Numbered from the stretch's first letter, positions 26,301-42,313 are shown. The stretch is 64,000 nucleotides of DNA from Paragordius varius (GCA_964247055.1 OZ176052.1:1116001-1180000), one strand, 5' to 3'. A program made the numbers and translations. The notes: generated by a model not told the origin, from the letters alone.

Positions 26301-29300
26301 ATTAAATAAATTAACTATTTATTAATTTTTAAAAAAAATCATTTATACGCGTTTTTGCCATTTACTTTAACTTATACAATTATAACCGACCGAAAATTAG
26401 ATTTTTATTAAATAAATTAACTATTTATTTAGTTTTTTTTTAAAAAATCATTTATACACGTTTTTGCCATTTACTTTAACTTACACCATATAACCGACCG
26501 AAAATAAGATATTTAGTAAAATAAATTAACTATTTAGTTTTTAACAATCATTTATACGCGTTTTTGCCATTTACTTTAACTTATATCACTATATCAAAAT
26601 CAATGAAAAAACACCAAAAAAACCAAAAAAAATCCACAAAATGTTACCGTTTTCAGTTAGAGTCAAAATATTTTCACTTCCATAAAATACGGATGAATCA
26701 TCATTTTTATTATCTTTTGCAACGGAGTTTGTAGAGGAAAGAATGGTATTATTATTATTTGACAAGGCCAGAGTATTGTTAATGAGAGATGTAGGCATTG
26801 ACATAAGGCTTGTAGCCATTTGTGGTAATTGACCACGACCCATTAAAGTATTCGTTATAAACATTAATCTATAAAATAAAAATTTAAATTATTGGGAACA
26901 CTTTTGTGAATTTTTAAATATATCATTCATTTACAGTTTAAATTCACTCTCTCAAACTCTCAAACAATTCAAATTCATCCTATAAAATAAATCAAGTGTT
27001 TTTCAAGATTAAAAATTACTTATAGATGAGTTATATTAGCTCGAAAACAGATAATTTACTTTTAAGGTGAATCTGAATTGTTCGAGGGTAAATTTGAATT
27101 GTTTAAGGTTTGAATTGTAAATGGTATATATATATATATATATATATATAGTGTTTAATGATTATAAAATTAACTATAAACCATTAGGTATAATACATCT
27201 TTTTGTCCAATCACACATGTAAAAAATTTCAAAAAACTCCTTATTATACAAAAAAGGGTCTTTGAAATAAAATCAAATAATGAATAATATTGAGGATAAA
27301 ATAATTATTAAATATTTTCCTTCGAATAAAAAATTATATTTTTTTGCCTTACTAAACCGTGTAGAATTTAATTCCTATAAATCGTCCTAAAATTCATTAA
27401 TAAAAACATCAATAATTAAATATTGTTAAAAAACATTTTTTTACCTTTCACTTTTATTTTTGTTTTGAAGCGTGGCTTGAGAATATCGTTTTATACCAGT
27501 AGTTGTGATTGGTATAGAATTGTCTATGTTAGATGATATTGCAGTGTTTAAATCTTTGCATGTTGGAGAATTCTAATCATTCAAAAAGTTATTTAATTTT
27601 AAAATCAGCCTGAAAATGTATTATTAATAAAAAAAATTAATAAAAAAATTTTCATAGAAATAATCAGGATACATTTTTTAGATGTAAAATGTAAATATAA
27701 AAATTATATAAACACCTTTAATGTTAAACAAAACTTTAATTGAGTTTTTATTTTTTTCGTTTTTATACTTTGTTTTATACTGATATCATTCAACAAAGAT
27801 TAATAGGAAGTAAAAATTCTTGTTTAAAAATATATTCAATCATTGCTTAATTCAAAATAATTCTAAATACAGTAAGAGTAAGTATACATTGCTAGAAAGA
27901 TATTAATTATTGCCAAATAGAAGCATAAACAACAAAGGGCAGTATTATTGGCTTATAGTTATTTTTTCATTTTTTACTATCATTAGTAGCATGCCCTTTG
28001 TTGTATTAACTATTTGGCAATAAATAAACTTTCTATCAATGTATACTTACTCTTACAGTAATTTAATAATAAATATTCTTTTTACTTCATCAAAAATCGC
28101 ATTGTTCAAAAAAATGTCAAATAATGAATAAGTATTTCTTTTCATTTAAAGCCCCCCCCCCCCCTTTTTTTTCAAAAAAGTGTCAAAAAATCACAAAAAT
28201 TAGAAATGTTATAAAAAATACCTCTTTAACACTAGTTTTTGTGGTGTTAGATTGCGTTGGTAAAACATACGGATTTTCTAGTTGATTCATTTGAAGCAAT
28301 TGTATAAATGTTTCTTGTACAGGAGTATTCTCATTTTTATTAGCAATATCATTTAGGTTCATATTCAACAAAGAGAAATTTTCATTTTCATTGCCAAGAA
28401 TATCATTATTATGGTAATTTTCTCCAGATTGCATGATTAGATTGGGAAAGCTTTGGGCAGTACTAGGCGCAGTTGACCCTAAATTATTCAGAAATTAAAA
28501 TAATATAAATGTTTAATTGGATGGATATAAAGACAAATATTTTTTTCAAAAGACAACCAACCATACTTTTTTAAACTACCTTAATTTATCCTATAAAGTA
28601 ACATTTAATTACAATTGTAATATACCAAATTGATTGTGTTAACAATATACATTTCTATACTATACTATCTAGTTAAAATCAATGAGTTATATTTAAGAAA
28701 ATCAAGATTAAAAATGGTATGGTTGTCTTTGTGTTAAAAAATATTTGTCTTTATATTTTCACGTTTTGTCTGTATAATTTCAATTTCAACTGTAATATGA
28801 TTAAATTATAAAAAAATATTTTTGATGCAAATAAAATTGCAAATGAATATTATTAGAGTTTTTATTGAATACAAAAGGCATTTTATAGGTTGCTTATTTC
28901 ACACTATAGTTGGAGGCAATTTTCAACACAACACTAGTGTATGGAAAAAACAACAAAATGGTGAATAAACAATTTTATCTATTCTTTTTTCCATATACTA
29001 CTGTGTTGCAAATGGCCCTACTATAGTATGTGAAATAAGTAATATTCAAGTAGTTTTTAATTTTTACTGGAATATTTTATGTGGAGAAAATTTAAAGTAA
29101 CTCCTTAAATTTTAACATTAATCATCAATCAATAAGTTATTATAGTATGATATGAAAAATGTTAATTTCATTTTTATGTTAATAGTTATATATTGTATAA
29201 AATGCTCAAATAAAGAAATTACAAATTTTAAAATTTAAATTTGAATACATAATCGAGGATAAAGAAAGTATTTTATTTTTGTTAAAAATCCAAAAATTTT

Positions 29301-32300
29301 AAAAAAACTCAAGAACATTTTTTTTATATAAAAGCATAAAATTTATACAATTTTGATGGAACAATGCATGTGATTTCCCCATACTACTGCCATTATTTGT
29401 CGTAAGCGGTATTTCATCTCGCCTATCATCCATTGATGAATTAGATGATAAAATAGTTGCATTTTCCATATTATTATTATTATTGGCTTTTGTGGTAATA
29501 TCATCAATTTTATTAGGGTTTGTGTTTAATTTTTCAGTAGAATTTCCAAGAACAAATTTAAGTTCCTTTTTCTTTCGTGAATTCATTGAAGGGCCAGGAT
29601 ATTTTGTTGAAGGTGTCGTGGGTATAAATTGGTTTGTTGTCATATTATTGAAATTGTCTGAATGAATAAAAAACTAAATAGTAATTTTTAAATATCTATC
29701 TGGAAAAATTATAAGAAAATAATTTTATATAGCATGCAAAAAAGTTTTAATACTCTTGGTAAAACAAACATATGAGCCCTAAAATTTTAATTAAAAAAAG
29801 TGGCATTCAATAAATAGTTCACAAAAAACCTAAAAATTTTTATTTTATATAAAGTTAATATAAAGCCTAAATTTTATAGGTATTATGTAAATTTTTTTTA
29901 TGTTAACTTATTTAAAACGCATTCATTTTCTAGAAATTGGTTTATACCAATTTTTATTTTTTTTATTACCACTAAAAAATATTTTTACAACAAAATAATT
30001 TATATACCTTGAGACGTTACATTGTAGTGGCAGTCATTTGAATTAAAATCATCGATATTTTGAATAATTTCACGGGTTTCGGTGGTACTTATCATTTCAT
30101 TTGAAATGCCCAATATTTGCTTTTCTTGACATTCTAGGCTACAACTGGTCTTGTTTTGTTGCAATAATAATGATAAGTTGCTATTATTAATATTGTCAAT
30201 TAAATTTATCGGTTCGTTAGAGGAAGAATACGTCATAAATTGTTCGTAAGATGATGTTGATGGTATTAACATAGGAATTTCATCAGTTGACGCCTTTTGT
30301 CATAACATAAAAGAAATGTAATATGGTGAGGTTTTAAATAAAATTTTCCAAATAATTTAGAGGGTTTTTTTGTTAAAAAAAATTGCCATGTATAAAAGTC
30401 CATTTGTAAGAGTATATCGTTTTTTAAACAAAAATTCAAATAGAACTCGATAGTTTATACTATATTTCGATATTAAAAAATCTATTAATTAAAAAGGTAT
30501 ATATTTCATAACAATTTTACTTATAACAAAAACTACATACAATTGGGTGAATTTTTTGAATGAATGAATTATTACCAAATAAAAATTATAAAATTTTCCA
30601 GTGTTTATATAGGACAAACAATAAAATTATATTACTGTAGTATCCTCCAACAAATATTCCGTGGAAGTAAATTCTGCCGATGAAAATGTGGCATTTTCCT
30701 CCATTATACAACTTTGTTGTTCGAAATAGGTTCCTTCTCCTGTACCAGAATTGCCATTGTTTTTAAGGGAACTTTTTCTATAGTTTGTTATATCATTGAA
30801 TGAAACATATTTAGAATATTTTTTAATTAAAATACAGTCATGTATCCTTTATTTTATCTACCAATTATTTATTTATTTTTTCGTTAAATAGGCGTATAAA
30901 TATTTCGTTAAAGAATGGAAAAAACAAGAGCTCTATGGTAATTTTTATACTTTTTTGATGAAACGAATATAATATTGTTAATACCATAGAACTCTTGTTT
31001 TCCCCACATTCTTTACCAAATATTTATAACCATTTAACGAAAAAAAAAAAATTTTGATAAAATAAAGGATACATGACTGTATGTTATAAAAGGATGGGAA
31101 AAGGTATTTTTTTTCCACATACAAATTTTATAATCATTTCAGGCGCTCAAATTTTATAATATATATATTATATACATTGCAAAAAATGCAATTTTTACAG
31201 CCAGAAAATATGTTTCCTTAAAAATTATCAAAATGTTCCTTTTCGATATCCAAAAAAAATATTTCTCTCACATATATTTAAGTTATTAAAGTATTGTACA
31301 AGTGTTAAACAAAAAAAAGTATTAGCGTATTGCAAAAAATTGTTGAAAAAAAACCGCTTTTAAATTAAAAATTTAATTTTATATTATATTGTATTTAAAA
31401 TCAATATTTTAATTCCATTATTTTTGCAATTAAATTTTAGCTAAAATTGAATGATGAATACAAGTAATCTTTATCAAACGTAGAAAATAAAATTAAAATA
31501 TAAACTAAAAATTTAAGTACAAATTAAATTAATGAGAATAGAACTTAAAAAAACATGTGTGAAATATTATTAAGAAAAAGATTGTAGATTATAGGGAAAT
31601 GTATTATTAAAAACTTTATTTAGCTTATTTACCTACACTTAGCACTCAAACTATTGTTTGAATATTAAAACGAGAAAAATTATTGCAAAAAAGTCATTTT
31701 TTGAATACAAAAAGGAATATATATATCTTCAAAATGAAAAAAAAAAACTACTTTATTATTTAAATATTTGCATTTCTAACCTATATTTAACGCTCAAACA
31801 ACCATTCTTTTCAGGAGTGTGATCATTTAATTAGATATTAAAAAACAAATTTTCAGCCATGATGAAATAAAAAAATAAACTTAAACTTTAAAAAAGTTGC
31901 TTGTTGACCAATTTTTAAATTATAAAACGCCAAATTATTAAAAAACTCTTTATATTTAAAGTATCAAAAATCACCGCATTTTAGCGGTAAAACTAATTTT
32001 TACTAATTATAAAGTATATATTGTTTCATTTTTTGAACCAGATGAAAAGAAAAACCCTTCTATATAATATCTTAAAAAGTTGATATAAAAACCAAGTCGA
32101 TAAAAAGAGTTTTTTTTCAATAAAATTTTTGAAAAAAAAATTGAAAATCACATTTTATTTTATACGTATTCTAGTTTAATTTTAAGTAAATTGCAAAACA
32201 TTGTCTTCCAAAAAGTTTTTTTTAAACTTTCTTTCATCAATGTATCCCTTTTTCTATATGCAAAAAAATTATTCTCCCTACCTATATTTGGCGTTCAAAC

Positions 32301-34181
32301 CACCATTCTTATTGTTAGGGTTGATGTTAGTTTCAGGGTTAGTAGTAGTCATTTGGTTTATTTCATTCGAGGTGGCTTCTTGAGTTTTAGTTTTCCAACA
32401 GGCTTGTAACAATCTTTGCCCGCTATCATCTAGGAGGTTAGAGGCACTAACACATTTTTTGCGTTGCATGGTCGGTGTCATTGTTAGATTATTTTGATTA
32501 ATACTTTGATTATTAATATTAATATTGGTATTGGTAATATTAATATTTGATGGATGTTTGTTGTCCACAGGGATCTCTTTTTGGTCTAGCATAGTAAAAT
32601 ATATTCATATATGTGTGATAAATTTAATAAATATAACATAGGCTATATATATGTATAATATTTTAATTTAGTAATAAACTTCAAATAAATCACTTTTGAA
32701 AAAAAAATTATGAAATTTTTTTGGGGAAATAAATAATTTTTGAAAAAAATATGAAATTTTTTAGCCAACAAATAAATCACTTTAAAAAAAGCACAGAGCT
32801 GCATCCAAATTTTTTAATAAGGATTCCTTGTTTAGTTGAGATAATTCGACATTAAAAAAATGCAAATGTTATGGATTTAAATTAAAAATTATGTAATTGA
32901 TGACCAGATAATCTTTTAATATCTAATTTATTTCTAGTGAAGGCTAAAAATCAACAATTCAGATTAAAAATAAAAATCAAAAATCTACGCTAAATATATT
33001 TTCAACATACTTTTGCTTGTAGATGTTAAATCGGTAGGTATAGAAACAATGTTTACGGTAGTAGGATCATTATTTATCTCAAAACTTTCAGTCGAATAGT
33101 TTTTTTGTTCAATAGCTGAGATACTAAGAGAAGTTTGATTACTCAACAATTTTATTTGAATTTTTGAAGACTGGGAGGGTGTTTTCAATACTTTTTCTTT
33201 ACTTAAATTGTTGTTTTCATTTATTATAGGTTCTTGTTCAAAAATAAAATGTGTTTTGGTCAATACATTCTTATTATTATTTGATTTCATTTCATTATTG
33301 GATGTGGTTTTATTAATTGCGTTATTTTGGGTAAAATTTTCTAGGTCCCTACCTTTAAACGATTCAGAAAACGATAAAAATGGTAACGATACAGGAGGAC
33401 ACACTGTTTCTACCACAAACAAAAAAATAAAAAATAAATATTATAAAACATTAATAATTAAATAATAAATTTATAAAAATAAATTAAAATAACCATAATT
33501 TCTTGAATAAAAAAATATAAATTACGGATATCTTTGTCAAATACGTAAAATAAATTCTAAAGTAACTATTATTGGTAAAATAATCATACATATCATAGTG
33601 CAATAAATTCCATGGAAAACACAAAAAAAGATTTTTATATATTTGTAATATGTAAATAATTTAAATCTCTTAGAAATCTAAAAGTTTTTATTAATTAAAC
33701 CCTCCTACTTGCTTTATAAAAATTAAAAACTTTATCTAAATCATCAAATAATAATCTAAAAAAAGTTTTAAAAAACCAAATTAAATTCACGTATAATAAC
33801 CTCCCAATTTCTTAGGTTTCGGCATTAGTTGTGGCATCTCATAATTTTCATTTTTAATGTTGCAAATTTTATTAACATTCTTAGTGTTGTAGATGGTTTC
33901 ATTTGTGTTGCGTTGTTTACTACTCATCCAAACCTTTGAATTATTCAATAAAAGAGAATTGTTCTTGCTGTTATTGTTTTCAATTTTGTTAAATTTTTTG
34001 GCATTATTGTTGATGGTTCCACCACCCATTAGGGATTTTAGAATGGTATCTTTAATACTCTTAGTGAAAGCGTCATCAGTCCTATGATTATATTATAAGA
34101 TGTTTATTAAAATTATATAATAAGTAGAAAAGCAAAAAGGATAAAAAATTAAAATATGCAATATTTTAAAAAAAACCATAT

Positions 34182-34236
<55 letters not shown>

Positions 34237-37200
34237 AAAACCATATATAATTTCTTCAATATTGTCAACGAGAACGAAATATTAAATGTTAAAAAATTAA
34301 ATTATCGTATTTATTAAATTAAACTAAAGATATCCAAAATTTTAGATACATGGTTAGTATCTTTTTTAATAGACGAACTATAAAGAAAATATAATTAAAA
34401 ATTATTTTAAAAATAAATTAATAATAAAATGTAATATCGCCGCCCACCTATAGTTTTAAGTTGCAAAATAAAGATTAGATATGTAAATTGGTAACACATT
34501 AAATTATATAACTTTCACAAATATAGAAATAGATAATAGAAAAAAAACAAGTATTAAAAAATATGATTTTTTTCCTACACTGTGAAAATTATATTAAAAA
34601 GACAAAACGATTAAAATGCGAATATTTTTATTAAAAAAATAACACATATTTTTTAAACGTTAAAATACCATTTACAGTTCAAATTCCACCTTAAACAATT
34701 CAAATCCACCTTATAAAAAATAATGTGTTTTTTAAAATTAAAAACTACCTATTTTACATTTTCAAAAAAAATTTTTGTTTACAATTAATATAACACTGAA
34801 GAACTAATAAACTATGCCATAAAGATATATTTCATATAAATGATGAGTTATATTAGCCCAAAAAGTCTATAAACTATTTTTAGGGTGAATTTGAATTGTT
34901 CGAGGGTAAATTTAAATTGGAAATATATTTTTTAATTATAATAAATGATTAATATTGTTGAATATGTAAAGATGTAAGTAATCTCTATTTCATATTTCGC
35001 TGCCAAAACGACATAGGTAAGTAATACTAAAAAATCAAGGTTTAAAAAGTTCAATTATTATCTTTTCTGAAAATATATTTATCTTTTAATTTTTACGTTA
35101 AAAGATTAATATGTTTTTTTAAGAAAAGACAATAATTTAACTTTTTATACCTTGATCAATATTTACTGTATTTTATCATTATAAATGTAGGTGTCTTTAA
35201 CTTTTTTTATGTTTATAATTTTATAATTTTTTACTGTAAATTTCCGTTTTTAACGCAATTTTTGCCAGTTTTATGAGAGGTAGAGGGTTGATGTTCGCTA
35301 GATTGAGGAGATGATTGTGGAATTTCATTGTCATTTGCTGTGACAAAGGCTATAAAACATATGTATATATAAAAATAAATGTTTTGGGTATAAATTAAAA
35401 AAAATGCTAACCTAGATTATTCATTCATTTATATTTAATTTAATCATTTAAGAAAGAAAATTTATTAAAACAAAAAAAAGTTATAATGTAAAATTAATTA
35501 TTTGCATTAGGTTAAGATTGTTATATATCTTTACATATAATAAAACATCAAGAAAATTAATAAATCATCACTAATCACTCTAAATCATATATCTCTATAT
35601 GCATAAAAACCATTTTTTTAAAACTTTAACCCATAAGAAAAGCAATTAATTTAAAGTTTAAATAAAAAATTTTCTATTTTTATATTCCTTTTTTTAAAAA
35701 AAACAACTCACGTATAAAATTATCGTTAGGAATGACATCCCAAACCGACCCATAAACTTCAAAGTTGGTGACGGCATTCCAGACCGTGCAATAAAGAGTG
35801 GTGGCAACAGCTGATTGTCGCGAAGAAGAACAGCTGATGTTAGATCCTCCACTAATTTTTGTGTTAGTGTTAGGCTTATATATTATACGGACGTATCGAT
35901 ATTTTACGCGTTGAGATTGTTCATTGAATACGTGTTTAATCAACACTTCATTCGTACTAATTTTATATTTATTTCAAACAAAATAGAGTTATTAAAATAT
36001 TGAAATTTCAAAAAAATTTATATATAAGGTAGAGAACATTTTATATGATAGTATTATTATTTATATTGTAATGGCAAATGACGGATTGATTATGTTTTTG
36101 TAATAACAGTCGTTATCTTACGGATTTTAACAAGTGTTATTTATAGTTGACTAATAATACTTTTAAAAAATGATTGATAAAGATATCTGATATAATTAAA
36201 AATTTGGGAAATATAGTTTAGTTTTAATAAGTTTAACGCAAAATTAATTTATATATATTATTTGTTTTCGTTGACATTGTTAATAAAAAAAACGTATCGT
36301 AAAAATGTATATTTGTCCAAAATAAGATACTATCTAAGTTCACTAAGTGTTGCTAATATAAGAAAAATCACTAAAAGTATAATATTAACAAAAATTGGCC
36401 CAATAATATAATTTAAATGTATAATTATAATTATATACCATTTACAATTCAAATTCCCCCTCGAACAATTCGAATTCACCCTAAAAATGAATTATGTGTT
36501 TTCAGTCTATTATAACTCATCATAAATATGATATATTACTTTTACGACATAGTTTATTATTTCAGTTTGATCTCAATTTTAAACGTAATTTCATTTTTTA
36601 AAAATATACAATAAAGATAATTTTTAATCTTAAAAACACATAATTATTTTAGGGTAATCTGAATTGTTTAAGGGTAAAGAATTGTTCAAGGGTTAATTTG
36701 AATTATTTGAATAGTTCGAAATTTGAACTGTAAATGGTATATATAAAAATTAATATACCCATAATCTTTGATGTTACGATCTGAGCATTCTAACGCAAAC
36801 CATTCACCATGGAGATTTGCGGAGCCATAAAATTGAAATAGGTTCAAAGGTGAATTTAACATAATTCTATCAAATAAATAAATAAATGAAAATTATTACA
36901 AAAATACCCCCTTTTTAATATATTATATATTTTTAGAAAGAAAATAAATATACCATGTTGCAACTAAAAAAAGCTTTTTCATAATTATATAATATAGTTT
37001 TATGTAAAATGTCAAAAACTATAAAAAATTAAAAATTTTGTCATTACAAAGAAATTTGTTATACTCAAAAAATATAAACTTTTTATTTGAATAATTTGAT
37101 AAAATGCTGTCATATTAACCCTTAAACTCCTATCAAAATAAAATCTTAAAAAATCCAAAAAAACTTACTTTGAAGCCAAATTTTTCCACATGGTAAAAGT

Positions 37201-38822
37201 TATGGCTGATGCGCTTAGGATAGATCCAGTATCAACATCAATGGTACACATCCTAATCAAAACAATAATTATATATATACCATTTACAATTCAAATTTAC
37301 CCTCAAATAAATTGCATGCTATTTAAAAAAATAAAAATTACCTATATATTTTAATATAGTTTTAAAAAATAAAATTTTGTTGTTTGCAATTAAAAGAATA
37401 CTGAAAAATTAATAAACTATGCGCCATAAAGATATATTTCATATTAATAATGTAAGAGTTATATTAGTTTGATAAAAGACATAATTGTTTTTTAGGGTGA
37501 ATTTGAATTGTTCAAGGGTGAATTTGAACTGTAAATGGTATATTAGGATGAAAACTTAAACTCAATAATTATTATTATTAAATTATACAAATTTTAAAAG
37601 ATAAGAGTCCAATAATAATAGAGATTATAGCAAAATCTAACATTTGTCTTTATTTTTGATATTTAGCTTTCGTCGTTATAAAATTTCAATTTTTAACTCT
37701 GTATAAAAATTGAAATTTTTGATATACACGAGATGAGTAATTAAACAATTTTATTAAATTCATAATTTAAATTTTAGTTTATATTTTAATTTTATTTTTA
37801 CGTTTGACAAAGATTACTTGTAGTAATCGAAATATTATAATAAATTTATATAATTTTTGTTGAATTATTCCATATATAATAATTAATAGAGTATTTTTAT
37901 AGTGTCTTTTTGATATTTAGGTTTTGTCGTTATAAATTTCAATTTTTAGCACTGTATAAAAATTGAAATTTTTGATATACACGAGATGAATAATTAAACA
38001 ATTTTATTTTAAAGTTTTTTGTAAAAATTCCAATTATTATTTCTAGATAAACCTTTCAGCCATAAGTTTAATGAGTGCCTTAGAGTATGCATTCGTGGGT
38101 GCAGGTGCAATAGGGACCATTCCAACCCCATTATTCGCGTTATTTGAAACAACAACAGCTGCTGGCGTATTTGCATGTGTTCCACTTGTGGGGCAACTCT
38201 GAGCCCTACTAAATATTTCCTCTAGACGGGTACTATTAACCCCATAGGAATTGCTATTATGAGTTTGAGTTGTTTGAGTTATGCAATTTTCATTACCATA
38301 ATCATCATCGGGTGTGACAAAATATCGAATCCCCATTATACTGTAATGCGCTGGATTAATCCAATGATTTTTCGTAGTCCTAATAAAAGAAAGAAAGTGT
38401 TTAAAAGTTTTTAACATAAAATGACTTTTTTTGCTAATTATTAAATATTGTGGAAATTATAATTAAGCAAGCATTAATATGGAATTTATTAAAGCATGAA
38501 TTAATTATTTTTCGATTATTACAAGTCATTCATCTATCTATCTTGTGTTGTCAAATGTCATCATAATATAAAATGAAATTAACATTGAAATTCAAATTCC
38601 AAAAATATACAAATTTTAAAATGAAAAAAACTTAAAAAAACATGTTTATTATATTAATTAATTAAAAAAAATTATGTTTAATAACCATATAAATATTATA
38701 TAAATTATAATCAATCGGACAATAATGTTGAAGGCCAGTTTTATGTTTCTTTGTGATAATTAATTGATAATGAAAAGACAAAATTTTGAAAAAGGTCTAC
38801 TCACAAATAAAGTTTTACTGTG

Positions 38823-38861
<39 letters not shown>

Positions 38862-41800
38862 AGAAAGGTAATTTTTGAAATATGGCGTTAAAAGTTATAT
38901 TTTTGTATTACAAACAAACTTATAACTATTAATATTTAGGGCAAGTTGTAGCATTAAAATGCTATACAAAAAAAAAGATAATAAAATATAAAAACTTAGA
39001 TAAAACAGATTTTGTATTATCTTAGCAAAAAGGTAATTAAAACATTTAAATCAATGGTTTCCAACAGGGGGCCTTTTAGAAAAATTCGGGGAGAATTTAG
39101 TTAAAAATATAACCAGAAACAAATGAAAGGATTTCAGTTGTGCAAATAATCAAGATTTCTCTCTGATATGAAAGAGATAGTTTAAAAATTGCAAATACAA
39201 GGACCTCATTGGGGATTTTTATAATATTATAATGAATTTTAGACATTTTTTTGGATTTTTTAAAAGGTAGGGGAGTGGGATGAGAGCCACTGATTTAAAT
39301 ATTCTAGAATTAGATACAGTCATGTATCCTTTATTTTATCGAAAAATTCATTTTTTTTATTAAATGAATATAAATATTTGGTAAAGTATGGAAAAAACAA
39401 GAAGAGCTCTATGGTATTAACAATATCAATCATAATCATCAAAAAAGAAAAGAATTAATTACCATAGAGCTCTTGTTTTTTCCATTCTTTACCAAATATA
39501 TATACCCATTTAACGAAAAAAAATAATTTTTTGATGACTATAAATGTAAGATTACCCAGCATCCGTGCCAATCCATTGAAGGAAACCATTCGGTTTCCCA
39601 ACAGAAGAAGAATTTGAATCACATTCAAAATTAAATACTAAAGGTATAAGGGCCTTTTTATTGCAATTCTCGATTACATTTTCTGGTAAGGGCATATTTT
39701 GTATTGCGGAGTTTGTTAAATTTGTTGTGAAATATCGTACAAATTTGTATTGCGATCTGGGGTAATCATACCATTGTCGAATAACCTAAAATTAATATTT
39801 TTCATAATTTTTTATAATGTTAACAATTGAACATAAACCATTTACGATTTAAACTCACTCGCAAACAAATCAAATTCACCCTGAAAATAAATAATGTGTT
39901 TTCGGGCAGCTAATATAACTCATTATTATTAATATAAAATGTATCTTTATGGGATAATTTATTATAATTTAAACAAAATTTCATTTTTTAAAAATATAAG
40001 TAATTTTTCATCCAAAAACACATAATTTATATTTAGGGTATATTTAAATGGTTCAAGGGTGCATTTGCATTTGCTAAATTTTAATATAATTGAAATCTCA
40101 ATATTAGTATTATAAATTATTACATTTTTGATAGGACCTTTAAGATTTCAATAATCCCATAAAAATATTTTTATGGAAAACGATTTTTTTGAATTAAAAT
40201 TAACAAAACTAGCATAATAGAATATAAACCGATAAACTTACACCAACAACAAATTTATTCAAACCCTCAATTTCAAATTCCAAAATGGCATAATTTATAT
40301 GTTTGGCCTCAATTTGACATGTTTAAGGGTAGTATGCAAAATATTTTATGGTTAAATATATAGTTAAATTAAAATTTCAAGTTTTAAATAAAAAATATGT
40401 AAATATTCAACAATACTTTTTGTTCAAGGAAATGCCTTAAACTGGATAATAGGACCAAAGGTTCAACACGTATAACTTTGCCCGTTTTATCAAGCAGCTC
40501 AGTTTCAGTCGGGTCTTTCTCAAGCACAATCCGTAATTTTTTAAGTAACATCTAAGGGGGGGATAAAAAAAATATTTTTTAAGATCAAAATATTCATTTA
40601 ATGTTAAAATTAATATTGGATATATTTAACTAATATTTGAGAATAATAATTTAAAATGGCAATAAATGGGGGGTATTTAAATAAACTAATATACAAGAAA
40701 ATAAAATTAAATACTATATAAAGATTAGAAACATTAACTTTCATAACTTAAAAAAACAGGGCAATTATTTATAAACACACACATTTAAAAATTGTCAAAA
40801 TATTTTATTTTTAACAAAAAAGAAACATTAAAATGTTGATTTTAGCTATAAATATCGTTATTATTAAATTAAAAAAATGGTATAATTTGTAAAAAACGAT
40901 TTGGTTAAAAAATTTTTTTCATTCAAATCAAAAAAAAGGAAGGAATCGTAAATTACAAATAAATTTAAAAAATCATTACATGCATATGTGCAGGAGCCAG
41001 AATACCAGATCCATTTCGAATATTTGTAGCACTCGAAGCTATATTTAAATAAAAATTTAATAAAAAAATTAACTTGAAAACAAAAAAATTTTATTAAAAA
41101 TTATATAATATTAATTTTTTCTTATAAAATAAAGTAAAATTCGCAAAATTTATCTGTTAGATTGATATATATCCAAAAACATATAAAATTTTTACGACAA
41201 AATAAACTATTTCGAACATTTGTAGCACTAGAAACTATATTTAAATAAAAATTTAAATAAAAATTTAATAAAAAATAAAAAAACCAAAAAAAATTTATTA
41301 AAATAATATAAATATAACTTTCTTATAAAATAAAGTAAAACTCACTGAAAATATCTCCTTTAAATTGATATATATCCAAAATTCAACAATATTTTTACGA
41401 CAAAAAAACTAAAAAAACTCATGAATTTTAAAATAAAAGATTAAAATCAAAATATTACAGTTAGTAATAAATTAAATTTTACGGATAAAACTAACGATAT
41501 AAAGAGAAATAGTGTTTTTTTTTTCAAAAAAAACCAACCATGCTTTTTTGAATCTTAATTTTTTTCTTATATAAATTATTTAATTACAATTGTTATATAT
41601 ATATATATATATATAAGTAATTATTAAATATACATAATTGATTGTGATACCAATTTACATTTCTATTTCATACTTATTTCTAATTAAACAATGATGAATA
41701 AGTTATATTTATAAATATATATTATTTTTTACGTTTTTGCCCGTATAATTTCAAATTTTTTCATAAAAGCAACAAAAAAACACCAAAAAATTTAGTAAAT

Positions 41801-42265
41801 ATATTTTAAAAATATAAAAATTTTATTTTTACCAAAATTATCCAAATTATTAATGGGATTAATCGAATTAACATTGTTGGGGGTTTGAGTAGGTAGGGCA
41901 TGAATATAGATTGGATAATTCTCTACGAATTCTAACACTTCAATCAACTTTCGTAGGAGGCGTGCAAACGGACTTGCAGTTATTTTTGAATTTTTGCTAA
42001 AACAAAATAAAATAAAATGTGTGATTTTTTATCAAAAAAATATAAAATAGGAAGGAAAATGTTTAAAATACTATCTAAATAGTTAACTTAATAATACTTA
42101 ATATTCATCATATAAGTATATCGAAAAAAACCTCAAAATTCAAATTAATATATATTTTAAAAAACAATTTAGAAAACGTTTTAATATATTATTTAAATAT
42201 TTATTTATACTTAATACTTTAACATTCATTATCAAAGTATATGGAGAAAAACCTAAAAATTTAAA

Positions 42266-42313
<48 letters not shown>

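Noticed and set aside
28150-28173. Poly-C followed by poly-T tract
   Set aside because: Simple homopolymer in an intron. No four-tract pattern or other supporting structure, and the length may be a sequencing artefact.
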